Below are positions 10,104 to 19,576 of a stretch of 64,000 nt of DNA, one piece after another (the stretch's first letter is position 1; every line of letters starts with the position of its first letter). The stretch is from Anaerolineales bacterium (lineage in GTDB: Bacteria; Chloroflexota; Anaerolineae; Anaerolineales; RBG-16-64-43), in assembly GCA_035288225.1 (NCBI GenBank), contig DATEAT010000052.1:1560-65559 (forward strand), read 5' to 3'. The position numbers and the translations under genes were made by a program. The notes beneath the pieces are model-generated. The model was not told where the DNA came from, searched no databases, and was given only the letters and a program-made list of their open reading frames with translations.

Positions 10104-11009
10104 CTACACGCCCTGCAGCGTCCGGCGCCGTTCGCGCCTTGCCAGACGCTCCTCGCGCGCACCGTCGCCGGCCGGCCGCTGCGCCGCGAGCCACGACGCG
10201 CAGTTCTCGTCGTGGGCCATCATCACATCCGCTGCAAGGATCAACTTGCGCAAGTCCTCCTCCAGCGGATTAGTGATGGCACAGGTCATGCCCGCGCCGA
10301 TGGCCATGGTGAGAAAGGCGCCGTTCAGCATAACCCGGTCCGGCAGGCCGAACGAGATGTTGGATGCCCCACACACGGTGTTGACCCCAAGTTCCTCGCG
10401 CAGGCGGCGCACTAAGGCAAACAGCGAGACGCCGGCGGAAGCAACCGCGCCAATGGGCATGGCCAGCGGGTCGATGAGCACATCCTCGCGCGGGATGCCG
10501 AACGCTTCCGCGCGCGCGACGATCTTCTGTGCCACGGCGAAACGCACGTGTATGTCTTCCGAGATGCCGCCCTCGTCGTTGGCCACGCCGATCACCGCCG
10601 CACCGTGTTTCTTCACCAGCGGCAGCACCGCCTCCAGGCGCTCGCTCTCGCCGGTCACCGAATTGACCAGCGGTTTGCCGCGATAGGCCGCCAACCCAGC
10701 TTCCAACGCTTTGACAACCGATGAGTCGATGGACAGCGGTACGTCGACGGCCTCCTGGATGACGCGGATGGCCTCGGCCAGGATCGCCGGTTCATCGGCC
10801 AGCGGAATGCCCGCGTTGACATCCAGCACCTGCGCCCCGGCTTGCACCTGGGCAATCGCCTCCGCGCGCACGCGCGAGAAATCGCCAGCCGCCATTTCCG
10901 CCGCCAGCCGCGCGCGGTTGGTCGGGTTGATCCGTTCACCGATGATGACGAAGGGCCGCGCAGGGCCAATGCGCACTTCGCGCGCCGGCGAACGAAGAAT
11001 GGTCTCCAT
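10104..11009 (-). CDS. methyl-tetrahydrofolate:corrinoid methyltransferase (pterin-binding, MetH module-2 / AcsE / MtgA-like)
   Basis: The 301-aa protein has IGERINPT, LDVNAG, NSV and GASNISFGLP motifs of the pterin-binding (DHPS-like) barrel. Its ATG overlaps the metF stop (TGATG). Confidence 0.8.
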   Translation of the reverse strand: METILRSPAREVRIGPARPFVIIGERINPTNRARLAAEMAAGDFSRVRAEAIAQVQAGAQVLDVNAGIPLADEPAILAEAIRVIQEAVDVPLSIDSSVVKALEAGLAAYRGKPLVNSVTGESERLEAVLPLVKKHGAAVIGVANDEGGISEDIHVRFAVAQKIVARAEAFGIPREDVLIDPLAMPIGAVASAGVSLFALVRRLREELGVNTVCGASNISFGLPDRVMLNGAFLTMAIGAGMTCAITNPLEEDLRKLILAADVMMAHDENCASWLAAQRPAGDGAREERLARRERRRTLQGV

Positions 11010-11977
11010 CAGGGCACTTTTTCCTCAACTCGCCTCGCCGCCTCGGGCTCCGCCCGTCGCGGGAGCAGGCCGGCCTCTTCGATGATTTCCGCCACCAGCT
11101 CCTCCTGGCGATAGGCCATCACATGCACTCCATGGATGCCGGGCATCTCGCGCAGTTCGCGAATGATCTCGATGCACAGACGTTTGCCCTCCTCGCGCTG
11201 GCGGTCGGCCGGCACGCCGCGCAGTCGGAGCACCGCCTCATCCGGCACCACCACTCCCGGCACGTGGCTGCGCATCCACTCGGCAGCCTTGGCCGAGCGC
11301 AGCGGGCCCACGCCGGCCAGAATATGGACGCGGCGGTCGAGCCCCAAATCGCACACTTCGCGCATGAACTGGCGCATGCGCGCCAGGTCAAAAACATACT
11401 GGGTTTGAATGAAATCGGCCCCGGCTTCTACTTTCTTAGCCAGGTGCTGCGCGCGAAACTCCACCGGCGGCACAAACGGGTTGGCAGCCGCCCCCATGAA
11501 GATGCGCGGCGGCACCTCGAGCGACCGCCCGCTGAGGAAGCGCCCCTTGTCGCGCATCAGGCGCGCCATACGCAGCGCAGCGATCGAATCCAGATCGAAC
11601 ACCGGCTTAGCCTGCGGCTGATCACCAGCCTGGACACCATCGCCGGTGAGGAACAGCACGTTGCGCACGCCCATGGCGGCCGCTCCCAGCAGATCCCCCT
11701 GGATGGCGATGCGATTGCGGTCGCGGCAGCTTACCTGCAGCACGGCCTCGTAGCCGGCCCGTGTGAGCAATGCGCACACGCCAACGCTCGACATGTGGAC
11801 GTTGGCGCCCGAGGCATCGGTGGCATTGATCGCATCGCACACCGAGGCCAGCACCAACGCGCGGTCGTAAACCGCCTGGGCATCGGCGCTGTCGGGCGGG
11901 TTCAGCTCGGCCGTCACCGCGAATCGCCCCGAGTGCAACACGCGCTCGAGCCGGGAGCCGCTCTTCATTCGTTCCAT
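11009..11977 (-). CDS. metF: 5,10-methylenetetrahydrofolate reductase (MetF, MetVF type)
   Basis: The MTHFR-like sequence starts at MERMKSGSRLERVLHSGRFAVTAELNPP (start 11977 inside the longer track ORF 11009..12247). It overlaps the end of the MetV-like gene by 13 nt. Confidence 0.8.
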   Translation of the reverse strand: MERMKSGSRLERVLHSGRFAVTAELNPPDSADAQAVYDRALVLASVCDAINATDASGANVHMSSVGVCALLTRAGYEAVLQVSCRDRNRIAIQGDLLGAAAMGVRNVLFLTGDGVQAGDQPQAKPVFDLDSIAALRMARLMRDKGRFLSGRSLEVPPRIFMGAAANPFVPPVEFRAQHLAKKVEAGADFIQTQYVFDLARMRQFMREVCDLGLDRRVHILAGVGPLRSAKAAEWMRSHVPGVVVPDEAVLRLRGVPADRQREEGKRLCIEIIRELREMPGIHGVHVMAYRQEELVAEIIEEAGLLPRRAEPEAARRVEEKVP

Positions 11978-12420
11978 CCCTGGGGGACCGAATCCGGCAG
12001 GCCGAGCAGATCGTTCAACCAAGCCGAGCGATCCTGCTGCCGGCGATCGAGCGGCGGCAGGATGAGGCGGATTTCGCCGCCGTACTTGGGCATGCGCGCC
12101 GCGCGCTGCCAGGCCTCTGTCCAAATGCACGGCTGGTCGGGAAGGACTTCGCAGCGGCCGTCGGGGCGCACTCCGCCGCACGGCCCGTTGCGCATGTTCT
12201 TGGGGCAGGTCATCGGGCAGGTCATGCCGGTGTTGTGCAACACACACTCACCGCACATGCGGCAATCGAAGACGGCGCCTTTGCCCACCTGCTCGGCAAC
12301 GACCAGAAGCTTCTCGGTCGCCCCGCCGCGGCGCAGCCAGCGCCGCCATGGACGCAGCAAGCGCGTGGTTGCGTCGTAGGCCGTCTCGAGCAGCGCTGGA
12401 TAGTTTTGCAGGAACGACAT
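11965..12420 (-). CDS. methylene-THF reductase C-terminal-domain protein (MetV-like Cys-rich subunit)
   Basis: CRMCGECVLHNTGMTCPMTCPKNMRNGPCGGVRPDGRCEV...PCIW is the characteristic cysteine pattern of MetV / MTHFR_C proteins that partner MetF in anaerobes. Confidence 0.75.
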   Translation of the reverse strand: MSFLQNYPALLETAYDATTRLLRPWRRWLRRGGATEKLLVVAEQVGKGAVFDCRMCGECVLHNTGMTCPMTCPKNMRNGPCGGVRPDGRCEVLPDQPCIWTEAWQRAARMPKYGGEIRLILPPLDRRQQDRSAWLNDLLGLPDSVPQGWNE

Positions 12421-12458
12421 GCGCTCTACCTTTTCCCCTGCCGGTCGTGCAGCGAAGA

Positions 12459-12764
12459 CTATCCGGCCTCTAACCCGCGCTGAGCCACCAAGGCCTGCAG
12501 CCGCGCCTCGGGGTACGCGGCCTCGATCTCCGCCACGAGTTCCGCGGCCACCGATTCAGGTTCCCCTTCGCGGGTCTCGGGGTCGGACGTGCGCCACTCG
12601 GTGAGGTATTCGTCGCTGCCGCTCTTTCCGGCGCGCATCGCCGCCTCGTCGATCGCGTGCTGAAAGCGCTCGGCGAGCGGACGCGATATGCGCGTGCGCC
12701 CGGCGCGCACCCTCACCTGCGCCGGGATTTCGCGCCACGAAACGATTTGTATGACGACGCTCAT
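12459..12764 (-). CDS. 'virulence factor' domain protein (small accessory protein of corrinoid methyltransferase clusters)
   Basis: MSVVIQIVSWREIPAQVRVRAGRTRISRPLAERFQHAIDEAAMRAGKSGSDEYLTEWR matches the pattern of the Virulence_fact family. The start at 12764 overlaps the DUF1638 stop (ATGA-type coupling). Confidence 0.65.
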   Translation of the reverse strand: MSVVIQIVSWREIPAQVRVRAGRTRISRPLAERFQHAIDEAAMRAGKSGSDEYLTEWRTSDPETREGEPESVAAELVAEIEAAYPEARLQALVAQRGLEAG

Positions 12765-13351
12765 GCTTTCATCATCTCCACCAGCCGTGATTCGAGCGCA
12801 CCGTAGCCCACCTGCACCACTTCCAGCGGCAGCCCCAGGGCGCGCGCAGCCCATTCTGCCTTGGCCACCAGCTCCGGCTTGTCCTCCTGCGCCAGATACA
12901 CCACCTTGGTGTAATTGGCGAAGTAGTCCTCGCGCAGCTCCGGGTGGCGAGCGAGACCCAATCGTTCGACCACCAGGTGATCGAACGAGCGCGCCAGGTA
13001 GTCGGTGAGGAAGAACGTGCCCGGCTCGCGGTCCATCATCGTCTGGAACTGTCCATTGGCATACATCTCGTAACAGTGAGGCCCCGCCACACGTTCAACG
13101 CCTTCGGCGGCGAGCAGCGCATCCAGGCGGCCGCCCGTGCCGCAATCGCCGTAAACCACGATGACCCGCTCGAAGTCGGCACGCGCTTCGCGGATGCGCC
13201 GCGCCACGGCCTGCGGGATGCGGTCGGGTGTGTTGTGCAACAAGGACGGCACGGCCAGCACTTCCGCCCGCCAGCCATGTTTGGCGTTGAGGGCCAGCAC
13301 TTCGCGCGCCAATGCGCCACACGCAATCAGGGCAGTTCGCAACTCGACCAC
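12761..13351 (-). CDS. DUF1638-domain protein
   Basis: GTG start at 13351 (VVELRTALIACGALAREV...). LLHNTPDRIP...VIVVYGDCGTGG is the typical DUF1638 pattern. The upstream part of track ORF 12761..13651 overlaps the preceding gene and is rejected. Confidence 0.65.
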   Translation of the reverse strand: MVELRTALIACGALAREVLALNAKHGWRAEVLAVPSLLHNTPDRIPQAVARRIREARADFERVIVVYGDCGTGGRLDALLAAEGVERVAGPHCYEMYANGQFQTMMDREPGTFFLTDYLARSFDHLVVERLGLARHPELREDYFANYTKVVYLAQEDKPELVAKAEWAARALGLPLEVVQVGYGALESRLVEMMKA

Positions 13352-13356
13352 TCCCT

Positions 13357-14244
13357 TTAGAGCAGGCCTTTGGCTGCGAGCGCATTGCGCATGGCTCGCA
13401 AATGGTCTGGTGTGCTTCCGCAGCACGCGCCGATCACGCGCGCGCCGGCCTCGGCGGCCGCGATGGCGTAGCGCGCCATGTCGTCCGGGCCGGCGCCGTA
13501 TACCGGACGCCCGGCGAGGAGGTGCGGCACGCCGGCGTTGGCTTTGGCCACGAGCGTGGCGGCGGGCGCCATCGCCCGCATCTTGGCCACGACCTCGAGA
13601 ATCTCCTCCGGCCCATTGCCGCAGTTGCCCCCCACCGCCACGGCCCCCCATCCGCTCAGGGTCTGCGCCGCGCGCTCGGGCGTCACGCCCATCATCGTCC
13701 GCCCGCGCGTGTCGAACGTCATCGTGGTGATGATCGGGATATCCGCCGACGCGCGTCGCACTCCGTCGAAAGCCGCCCGCATCTCTTCCAGGCTCGACAT
13801 CGTCTCGAGCCAGATCACGTCGACCCCGCCCTCGACCAGCGCCGCCGCCTGCTCGGCGAACCCGGCCACGGCTGCCTCAGGCTCCAATTCGCCGAGAGGC
13901 GCCAGGATGCCGCCGCTGGGGCCAATGTCGCCTGCCACCAGGGCGGCGCCTCCCGCGGCTTCGCGCGCCAAGCGCGCGGCAGCGCGGTTCAGTTCGGCGG
14001 CACGCTCCTGCAAGTTGTGGAGCTGCAGGCGGAAGCGGTTCCCGCCGAATGTGTTGGTCAGGAGGATGCGCGCACCCGCTTGGACGTAAGCCGCGTGAAT
14101 CTCTCCCACGCGATGCGGCTCGTCGACGTTCCATAGTTCAGGGGAATTGCCGAACGCCAGTCCGTTGGCCATCAACATCGTGCCCATCGCACCATCGGCG
14201 AGAATCACCCCTGGCTGCGCTAGCAACTCACTCCAGGTTGTCAT
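13357..14244 (-). CDS. homocysteine S-methyltransferase domain protein (stand-alone MetH module-1-like)
   Basis: ILADGAMGT, LTNTFGGN, GGNCGNGP and IGACCGSTPDHL are present. The zinc-ligand pattern C...CC of the Hcy-binding barrel is intact. AAGGAGG lies 6 nt upstream of the ATG. Confidence 0.8.
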   Translation of the reverse strand: MTTWSELLAQPGVILADGAMGTMLMANGLAFGNSPELWNVDEPHRVGEIHAAYVQAGARILLTNTFGGNRFRLQLHNLQERAAELNRAAARLAREAAGGAALVAGDIGPSGGILAPLGELEPEAAVAGFAEQAAALVEGGVDVIWLETMSSLEEMRAAFDGVRRASADIPIITTMTFDTRGRTMMGVTPERAAQTLSGWGAVAVGGNCGNGPEEILEVVAKMRAMAPAATLVAKANAGVPHLLAGRPVYGAGPDDMARYAIAAAEAGARVIGACCGSTPDHLRAMRNALAAKGLL

Positions 14245-14384
14245 TCGGCCTCCTTGTTAGCGTCGTTGTTTGGCCCGATGTCAATCTCACCGATCGAGGT
14301 GGGTAGCGGAGGCCTATGGTCGGCCCGCCCAAGCACCTGGCCGCCGTCCCGCCTCGTCCGCGCACTCCTGCCGCTGCGGCCACG

Positions 14385-15068
14385 CTAGCCCCCGCGCTTG
14401 AGCGCGACCAGTTTCTTGGCCGTTTCGACCGCGATGGCCGCATCGCGACAGTAGGCGTCGGCCTCGATCTCCTCGGCAAAGGCGGCGTTGAGCGGCGCGC
14501 CCCCGACCAAGACGATCAGGTCGTCGCGCAAACCGGCTTCCTTGAGAGCCTTGATCACCACCCCCATGTAGGGCATGGTCGTGGTCAGCAGCGCGCTCAT
14601 GCCGAAGAGAGTGGGCTTGTGCTCCTTCACCGCGCCGATGAACTTCTCCGCGTCCACGTTGATGCCCAGGTTCACCACCTTGAACCCGGCCCCCTCCATC
14701 ATCATCGCCACCAGGTTCTTGCCGATGTCGTGAATGTCGCCCTTCACCGTCCCGATGACGAGCGTGCCGATCTGCGGCGCACCGGTCTCCACCAGCAACG
14801 GGCGCAGGATTTCCATGCCGGCCTTCATCGACTTGGCGGCCATGAGAACTTCGGGCACGAAGAGCACCCCGTCGCGGAAATCCGCACCTACCACATCCAT
14901 GCCGGCCACGAGCGACCCGGTTAGGACCTCGTAGGGAGTCAGGCCGCGACGTAGCAGTTCCCGCACCGCGGCCGCAACTTCAGCCGCCAGTCCATCATAC
15001 AGGTCGTCCTTGATCTGCAGGACGATCTCCTCAGTCGGCAGCTTGGTCAGATCCAGTTCCTCGCTCAT
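14385..15068 (-). CDS. cobalamin-binding corrinoid protein (B12 cap + Rossmann domains, MtgC/MtbC-like)
   Basis: GTVKGDIHDIGKNLV carries the DxHxxG base-off/His-on motif. The 227-aa length is typical. The start overlaps the activase stop (ATGA). Confidence 0.85.
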   Translation of the reverse strand: MSEELDLTKLPTEEIVLQIKDDLYDGLAAEVAAAVRELLRRGLTPYEVLTGSLVAGMDVVGADFRDGVLFVPEVLMAAKSMKAGMEILRPLLVETGAPQIGTLVIGTVKGDIHDIGKNLVAMMMEGAGFKVVNLGINVDAEKFIGAVKEHKPTLFGMSALLTTTMPYMGVVIKALKEAGLRDDLIVLVGGAPLNAAFAEEIEADAYCRDAAIAVETAKKLVALKRGG

Positions 15069-17167
15069 TCCGCAATCTCCAGGTGGGATGGGTTAGTGTG
15101 GCTTTGCCGCGGCCGCGCCCGTGCGGCGGTTCGCGGGGCAGGAAGCTCGCCCTGCAAATGAGGGAAGGCGTCGCTTGCGTGCGGCATGGCGAGTGCCGCG
15201 ACGAACTGATCTTGAAAGGTGGGCTCGGTGGCCGTCTGCACGTGCTCCACCCAGCTCGCCAGCCGCTCCGCCTCCACTCGCTGCTCGCGGTCCAGCAGGG
15301 CAATGCGCGCTCCGTCGCCCGCCGAATTGCCCACGGCCTGAACGCGCTCCAACTCGCAGTCTGGGATCATGCCCAGGATCATCGCATGGCGCGGGCTGAT
15401 GTAACTGCCAAAGGCCCCGGCCAGCGCGATACGATCGACGTGTGCGACACCCTGATGTTCCATGAGCAGCCGCACGCCGGCATACAGCGCCGCCTTGGCC
15501 AATTGAATCGCGCGGACGTCGCTTTGGGTGACCACGATCGGCGCGCCGGTAGCGGTTTGCGCGGCGTCCGCGAGCACGTAGCGCCCGGTGCGGCCTTCGA
15601 ATTGCACGCGCGGCGAACGCTCGGCGGCCTGTTCGTCGAAGCGGCCGTCGGAGGTGATAATGCCGGCCAGGAACATTTCCGCCACGGCCTCGATGATGCC
15701 GCTGCCGCAGATGCCGGTAGCGCGCGCCTGGCCAGGCACTTCGTCCGCGGCCTGCGGCTCCACCCAGGCCTCATGGCCGATGACCTTGAAGCGCGGCTCG
15801 AGCGTGGCGCGGTCGATGCGCACGCGCTCGATGGCGCCCGGCGCAGCGCGCTGGCCATGGGTGATTTGCGCACCCTCGAATGCCGGCCCGGTCGGGCTTG
15901 AGGCGCACATCATTCGCGTGCGGTTGCCGAGCGAGATCTCGGCGTTGGTCCCCACGTCGATGAGCAGCATCGCTTCATCTTGCTTGTGCGGCGCCTCGGC
16001 CAAAAGGGCCGCCACGTGATCGGCTCCCACATGCCCGGCGATACACGGCAGCACATGCACGCGCGCGCCGCGATGGAACGCCAGCCCCAGGTCGCGCGCC
16101 TTCATGTCGAGCGGTCCGGAGGTAGCCAGCGCGAACGGCGCACCGCCCAGCTCAACCGGGTCGAGGCCGAGCAGCAGGTGATGCATGATGCTGTTGCCCA
16201 CCAGCACGCTGTCGACGATCTCGCCCGCGGTGAAGCCGGCCCGCACGGCGGCCTTCTCGGCCAATTCGTTGATCGCGCGGATGACCGCACGGTGCATACG
16301 CGCCACGCCTTGCGGCTCGCTCATGCCGTACGACACCCGGCTCATCAGGTCTTCGCCGAAGCGCACCTGAGGATTCATCATCGATTCGCTGGCAAGCACG
16401 GCGCCGGTGCGCAAATCGCACAGGTGGGCTGCAATGGTCGTCGATCCTACATCCACCGCCAGGCCGACCAGCCGCTCCACATAACCGGGCTCGATGCGCA
16501 GCACCTCGCGCTCGTCCCACAGGGTGAGGGTCAGCGTGCTTCCGCCGCGGCGCAGCGCCGGTTGCAGGCTGGGCAGCACGGCCGTGTCGAGCACCGGCGA
16601 CGCGATCTGCCATTGTTCACGCAGCGCCTGCTCCACCCTTTGCCAATCCCCGCGATGGTCGCCCAGGCTGGCCGGGGTCACTTCTATATAGATGAGCCGC
16701 ACTGCGGGCTGAATGGTTATCGTGCGCTCGGTGGCCTCTTTGGCGATGACCTGTTTGCGCGCCTGGCTTTCCTCCGGCACGCTGACCAGCACTTCGCCCT
16801 GCACGCGGGCGGCACAGGCCAGCCGTCGGCCGTGTATATCGAATTTGGCCGCGCAGGCGATCTCTTGCGCCTCGGGCGGCGAGAGGTGACGTGCGGCGGA
16901 GGTGAGGCCGTGCTTCTCGTAGCGCCCTTCTTCCACAACGACCTGGCACTTGCCGCAGGTCTGCTTGCCGCCGCAAATCGATTCGAGATCCACCCCCAGT
17001 GAGCGGCAGGCGGTGAGCAGGTCGGTCCCCTCGGCGATGAGCCCGCGCCGCCCAGAAGGCACGAGCACGAGCTGGTGTTCGCGGGTTGAGGTTGGCTTGT
17101 CGGTCACAGTGTCATCCGTCCCATATCGATGGGTATGCGTTGAGGGCCGGGCCTGCCCCTCCCCCAC
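15065..17167 (-). CDS. corrinoid reductive activase (RACo-type: N-terminal 2Fe-2S ferredoxin + ASKHA ATPase domain)
   Basis: The ferredoxin cysteines are CGGKQTCGKCQV...C, followed by a large ASKHA/DUF4445-like body (DVGTNAE, GSGIIEAV). The first start is GTG at 17167. A better-placed GTG at 17107 follows GGACGGA. Confidence 0.8.
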   Translation of the reverse strand: MGEGQARPSTHTHRYGTDDTVTDKPTSTREHQLVLVPSGRRGLIAEGTDLLTACRSLGVDLESICGGKQTCGKCQVVVEEGRYEKHGLTSAARHLSPPEAQEIACAAKFDIHGRRLACAARVQGEVLVSVPEESQARKQVIAKEATERTITIQPAVRLIYIEVTPASLGDHRGDWQRVEQALREQWQIASPVLDTAVLPSLQPALRRGGSTLTLTLWDEREVLRIEPGYVERLVGLAVDVGSTTIAAHLCDLRTGAVLASESMMNPQVRFGEDLMSRVSYGMSEPQGVARMHRAVIRAINELAEKAAVRAGFTAGEIVDSVLVGNSIMHHLLLGLDPVELGGAPFALATSGPLDMKARDLGLAFHRGARVHVLPCIAGHVGADHVAALLAEAPHKQDEAMLLIDVGTNAEISLGNRTRMMCASSPTGPAFEGAQITHGQRAAPGAIERVRIDRATLEPRFKVIGHEAWVEPQAADEVPGQARATGICGSGIIEAVAEMFLAGIITSDGRFDEQAAERSPRVQFEGRTGRYVLADAAQTATGAPIVVTQSDVRAIQLAKAALYAGVRLLMEHQGVAHVDRIALAGAFGSYISPRHAMILGMIPDCELERVQAVGNSAGDGARIALLDREQRVEAERLASWVEHVQTATEPTFQDQFVAALAMPHASDAFPHLQGELPAPRTAARARPRQSHTNPSHLEIAE

Positions 17168-17187
17168 TCACGGCCTCGCGGCATCTG

Positions 17188-18708
17188 TCAGCTGCTCTGG
17201 CCGGCCGCTTCACGTCGCCGCCGTTCAGTGCGCTCACGCCGGGCGGTCGGCGCGGCGCGCGTCCAGCCTTCGGGCGGGCGCGAGTCCCCGGCCACCAGAC
17301 CCGCGAATTTGGCGCGCACGCGCGCCTCGACCTCCGGAGCAAATACCGCCGGGTTGTCGCGGGTCAGGATCTCTTGCACTTTGCGCATCGCGCGCGCCTG
17401 TGAATCCAAGGCGCCGCGCTCGATCCACTGGGCGCGTGCGTCGCGATCCGAAATCTCGGGCAGGAAGGCGGCCGTCTTCATGCGCTCCAATGTGTGCACG
17501 TTGTCCATGAACATGCCCGCCGGCCCCACCTCGCGAATCAGATCGAGCGCCAGGTTGTCCTCGCTGAATTCAAGCCCGCGCTTGGCCCGCTTGGCCATCA
17601 TGAAGATTTCGTCGTCGATGGCCGCCTTGGCATAATCGAATGCCATCAACGCGTCGAGCAACCCGCCGGTATTGAACATATCCACGCCGGCCGCCAGGCC
17701 AAGCGCCAGCGACATGCCGGTCTCGTAGCCAGACTGGGCGTCGTTGAGTTTGGAGTTGGTCAGCCCAATGTAGCCGCCGTTGGGCACATTGTAGAAGCGC
17801 GCCATCTGCGCGTGCCCCACGAAGAGCACGCCGGTCTCGATCGCGCCCGGGGCGTAGGCCCCGCTGCGCATATCGGCCACGGTAGGCAATGTGGCGTAGA
17901 TCGTGGCTTTGCCGGGTCGCACCATTTGCTCGAGAACCGCCGCGGCCAGGAATTCCGCATTGCCCTGGGCCAAAGACCCCAGGAGAGTCAGCGGGGAGGT
18001 GAGCCCGGCGTTAGGAACAATGGTCGGGTAGCACGGCAATCCTTGCTCGGTGTAATAGATGAGCATCTGCGTCGAATCGAAATCCATTGTCAGCGGCGAA
18101 ACCACCGGGCAGTAGTGATGTGTCACGAAAGGATGTGCACGGTAGGCAGCTTCGCTTCCGGCGATGGTGAACGCCAGTTGCAGGATCTTCTCGGTGTCCT
18201 CAGGCGGTCCGCTGCCGCGCACCGGCTTGGCGCAGTTCTTGAGCGCGGCATAGAAGCGGGTAAGGCTGAACATGCCCGCCGGGGCGTCTTCGGCTAGAGT
18301 CGAAATGGAAAAGACGTCGTACCCCGGGAGTTCGTTCACCAGGTGGGCGATGCGCGCCAGGTCTTCCGAGCGCGCGCGTCGTTCCTGCCCGGTCAGCGGG
18401 TCGATAATGTTCGGCGCCGAACTGCCGGTGACCATCACTGGGCTGTCGTCCGGGATCGTCCGGTCGAAGCGCGGATCGCGGCCGCCAAAGGTGAAGGTGG
18501 GCGGGATCGAGGCGCGGAACTCTTCAACCACGGCACGTGGGAAGTGCATGATCTCCGTCCCGGGCTGCGGCCGGCAACCATGCGCAGCAAGAATCTCACG
18601 CGCTTGGGCATTGCGGATGAGCAGCCCCACCTCGTCGAGAATCTCCAGCGAGGCCTCGTGAACGCGTAGCACCTGCTCGCGGCTCAGCAATTCGTAGTGT
18701 TGGGTCAT
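17188..18708 (-). CDS. MttB-superfamily (trimethylamine methyltransferase family) corrinoid-dependent methyltransferase, non-pyrrolysine type
   Basis: The 506-aa protein shows family-wide similarity (LSREQVLRVHEASLEILDEVG..., ...DAQSGYE...). There is no in-frame TAG, so it belongs to the non-Pyl branch that contains quaternary-amine methyltransferases. Confidence 0.85.
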   Translation of the reverse strand: MTQHYELLSREQVLRVHEASLEILDEVGLLIRNAQAREILAAHGCRPQPGTEIMHFPRAVVEEFRASIPPTFTFGGRDPRFDRTIPDDSPVMVTGSSAPNIIDPLTGQERRARSEDLARIAHLVNELPGYDVFSISTLAEDAPAGMFSLTRFYAALKNCAKPVRGSGPPEDTEKILQLAFTIAGSEAAYRAHPFVTHHYCPVVSPLTMDFDSTQMLIYYTEQGLPCYPTIVPNAGLTSPLTLLGSLAQGNAEFLAAAVLEQMVRPGKATIYATLPTVADMRSGAYAPGAIETGVLFVGHAQMARFYNVPNGGYIGLTNSKLNDAQSGYETGMSLALGLAAGVDMFNTGGLLDALMAFDYAKAAIDDEIFMMAKRAKRGLEFSEDNLALDLIREVGPAGMFMDNVHTLERMKTAAFLPEISDRDARAQWIERGALDSQARAMRKVQEILTRDNPAVFAPEVEARVRAKFAGLVAGDSRPPEGWTRAAPTARRERTERRRREAAGQSS

Positions 18709-18759
18709 CGCCTCGTCCCTCTCTCACCGCGCGGAGTGCTCGCCTCCCGCGGCGCAGGT

Positions 18760-19548
18760 CTATAGAGCCAGCGCCGCCGTCTCGGTGACGAATTGAAAAC
18801 GGTCCCCCCGGTAGTGGTCCTCGCCGTGGTCCACCGGCGCGCCCAGAACATCATATGAAAGCCGGCGCTCAAGCATCAGCGGTGCGCTCAACGGCACGAG
18901 CAATTGCTCCGACTCGTACGCGGTGGCCAGCACCGCCTCCAGGCTGAGGCGCGCGCGATGCACATCGACCCCGTAGTGCTCATGCAGCACCTCGTACAAC
19001 GAGTGCTGCTCGAGATCGTATCGCGCCAGGCGCGCAAAGCGCATGATCGGAAGCGTATAGTGCTCGAGCAGCACCGGCTGACCGTTGAGGAATCGCAGCC
19101 GGCGGATGTCGTAGATGGGTGCAAATGCCGGCAGGCGCAGCGCCGCCGCTAGAGCTGCGCCGCACGGCCGCTCCTCAAACGAGACCACCTTCGCTCCCGG
19201 CGTGAAGCCTTGCTCGCGCATGCGTTTGGTGAACGAGACGAGTTGCCCGGCCTGGCGCTCGATCTTGCGGTCGGCGATGTACGTACCGGCACCCTGGCGG
19301 CGCGCGAGCAGCCCCTGCGCCTCGAGCATCTCCAAAGCACGGCGCAACGTCATGCGGTTCACCCCAAGCATCTGGCTCAGATCGCGCTCGGGCGGCAAGC
19401 GATCGCCAGGAGCGAGGCGACCCGAATCGACCCAGGTTAGAAGTCCTTCTGCGATTTGAATGTAGAGAGGCACGCCGGCCACCAGGCGGTTGACCGGTTT
19501 GAGCTGGAGAGGATTGAGCGAGGTGTATTCGGCCTTTGGAGAAGCCAT
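18760..19548 (-). CDS. GntR-family transcriptional regulator, HutC subfamily (wHTH + UTRA)
   Basis: LPPERDLSQMLGVNRMTLRRALEMLEAQGLLARRQGAGTYI is the GntR winged HTH. The C-terminal ~150 aa is UTRA-like. It is the first gene of the operon. Confidence 0.85.
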   Translation of the reverse strand: MASPKAEYTSLNPLQLKPVNRLVAGVPLYIQIAEGLLTWVDSGRLAPGDRLPPERDLSQMLGVNRMTLRRALEMLEAQGLLARRQGAGTYIADRKIERQAGQLVSFTKRMREQGFTPGAKVVSFEERPCGAALAAALRLPAFAPIYDIRRLRFLNGQPVLLEHYTLPIMRFARLARYDLEQHSLYEVLHEHYGVDVHRARLSLEAVLATAYESEQLLVPLSAPLMLERRLSYDVLGAPVDHGEDHYRGDRFQFVTETAALAL

Positions 19549-19576
19549 TTGTGTCTCTTGGAACTAATTGGTCTGG

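Noticed and set aside
10056-10415. ORFs starting MLCPL... (also 23021..23281(-), 44908..45855(+) and 62827..63072(+)) as a small protein family
   Set aside because: The shared N-terminus comes from repeat module C. The downstream sequences are unrelated and overlap real genes or other repeats.
17188-18708. Pyrrolysine (in-frame TAG) in the MttB homolog
   Set aside because: The ORF is uninterrupted with no in-frame amber codon, and no pyl genes are present in the window. It is a non-Pyl family member.
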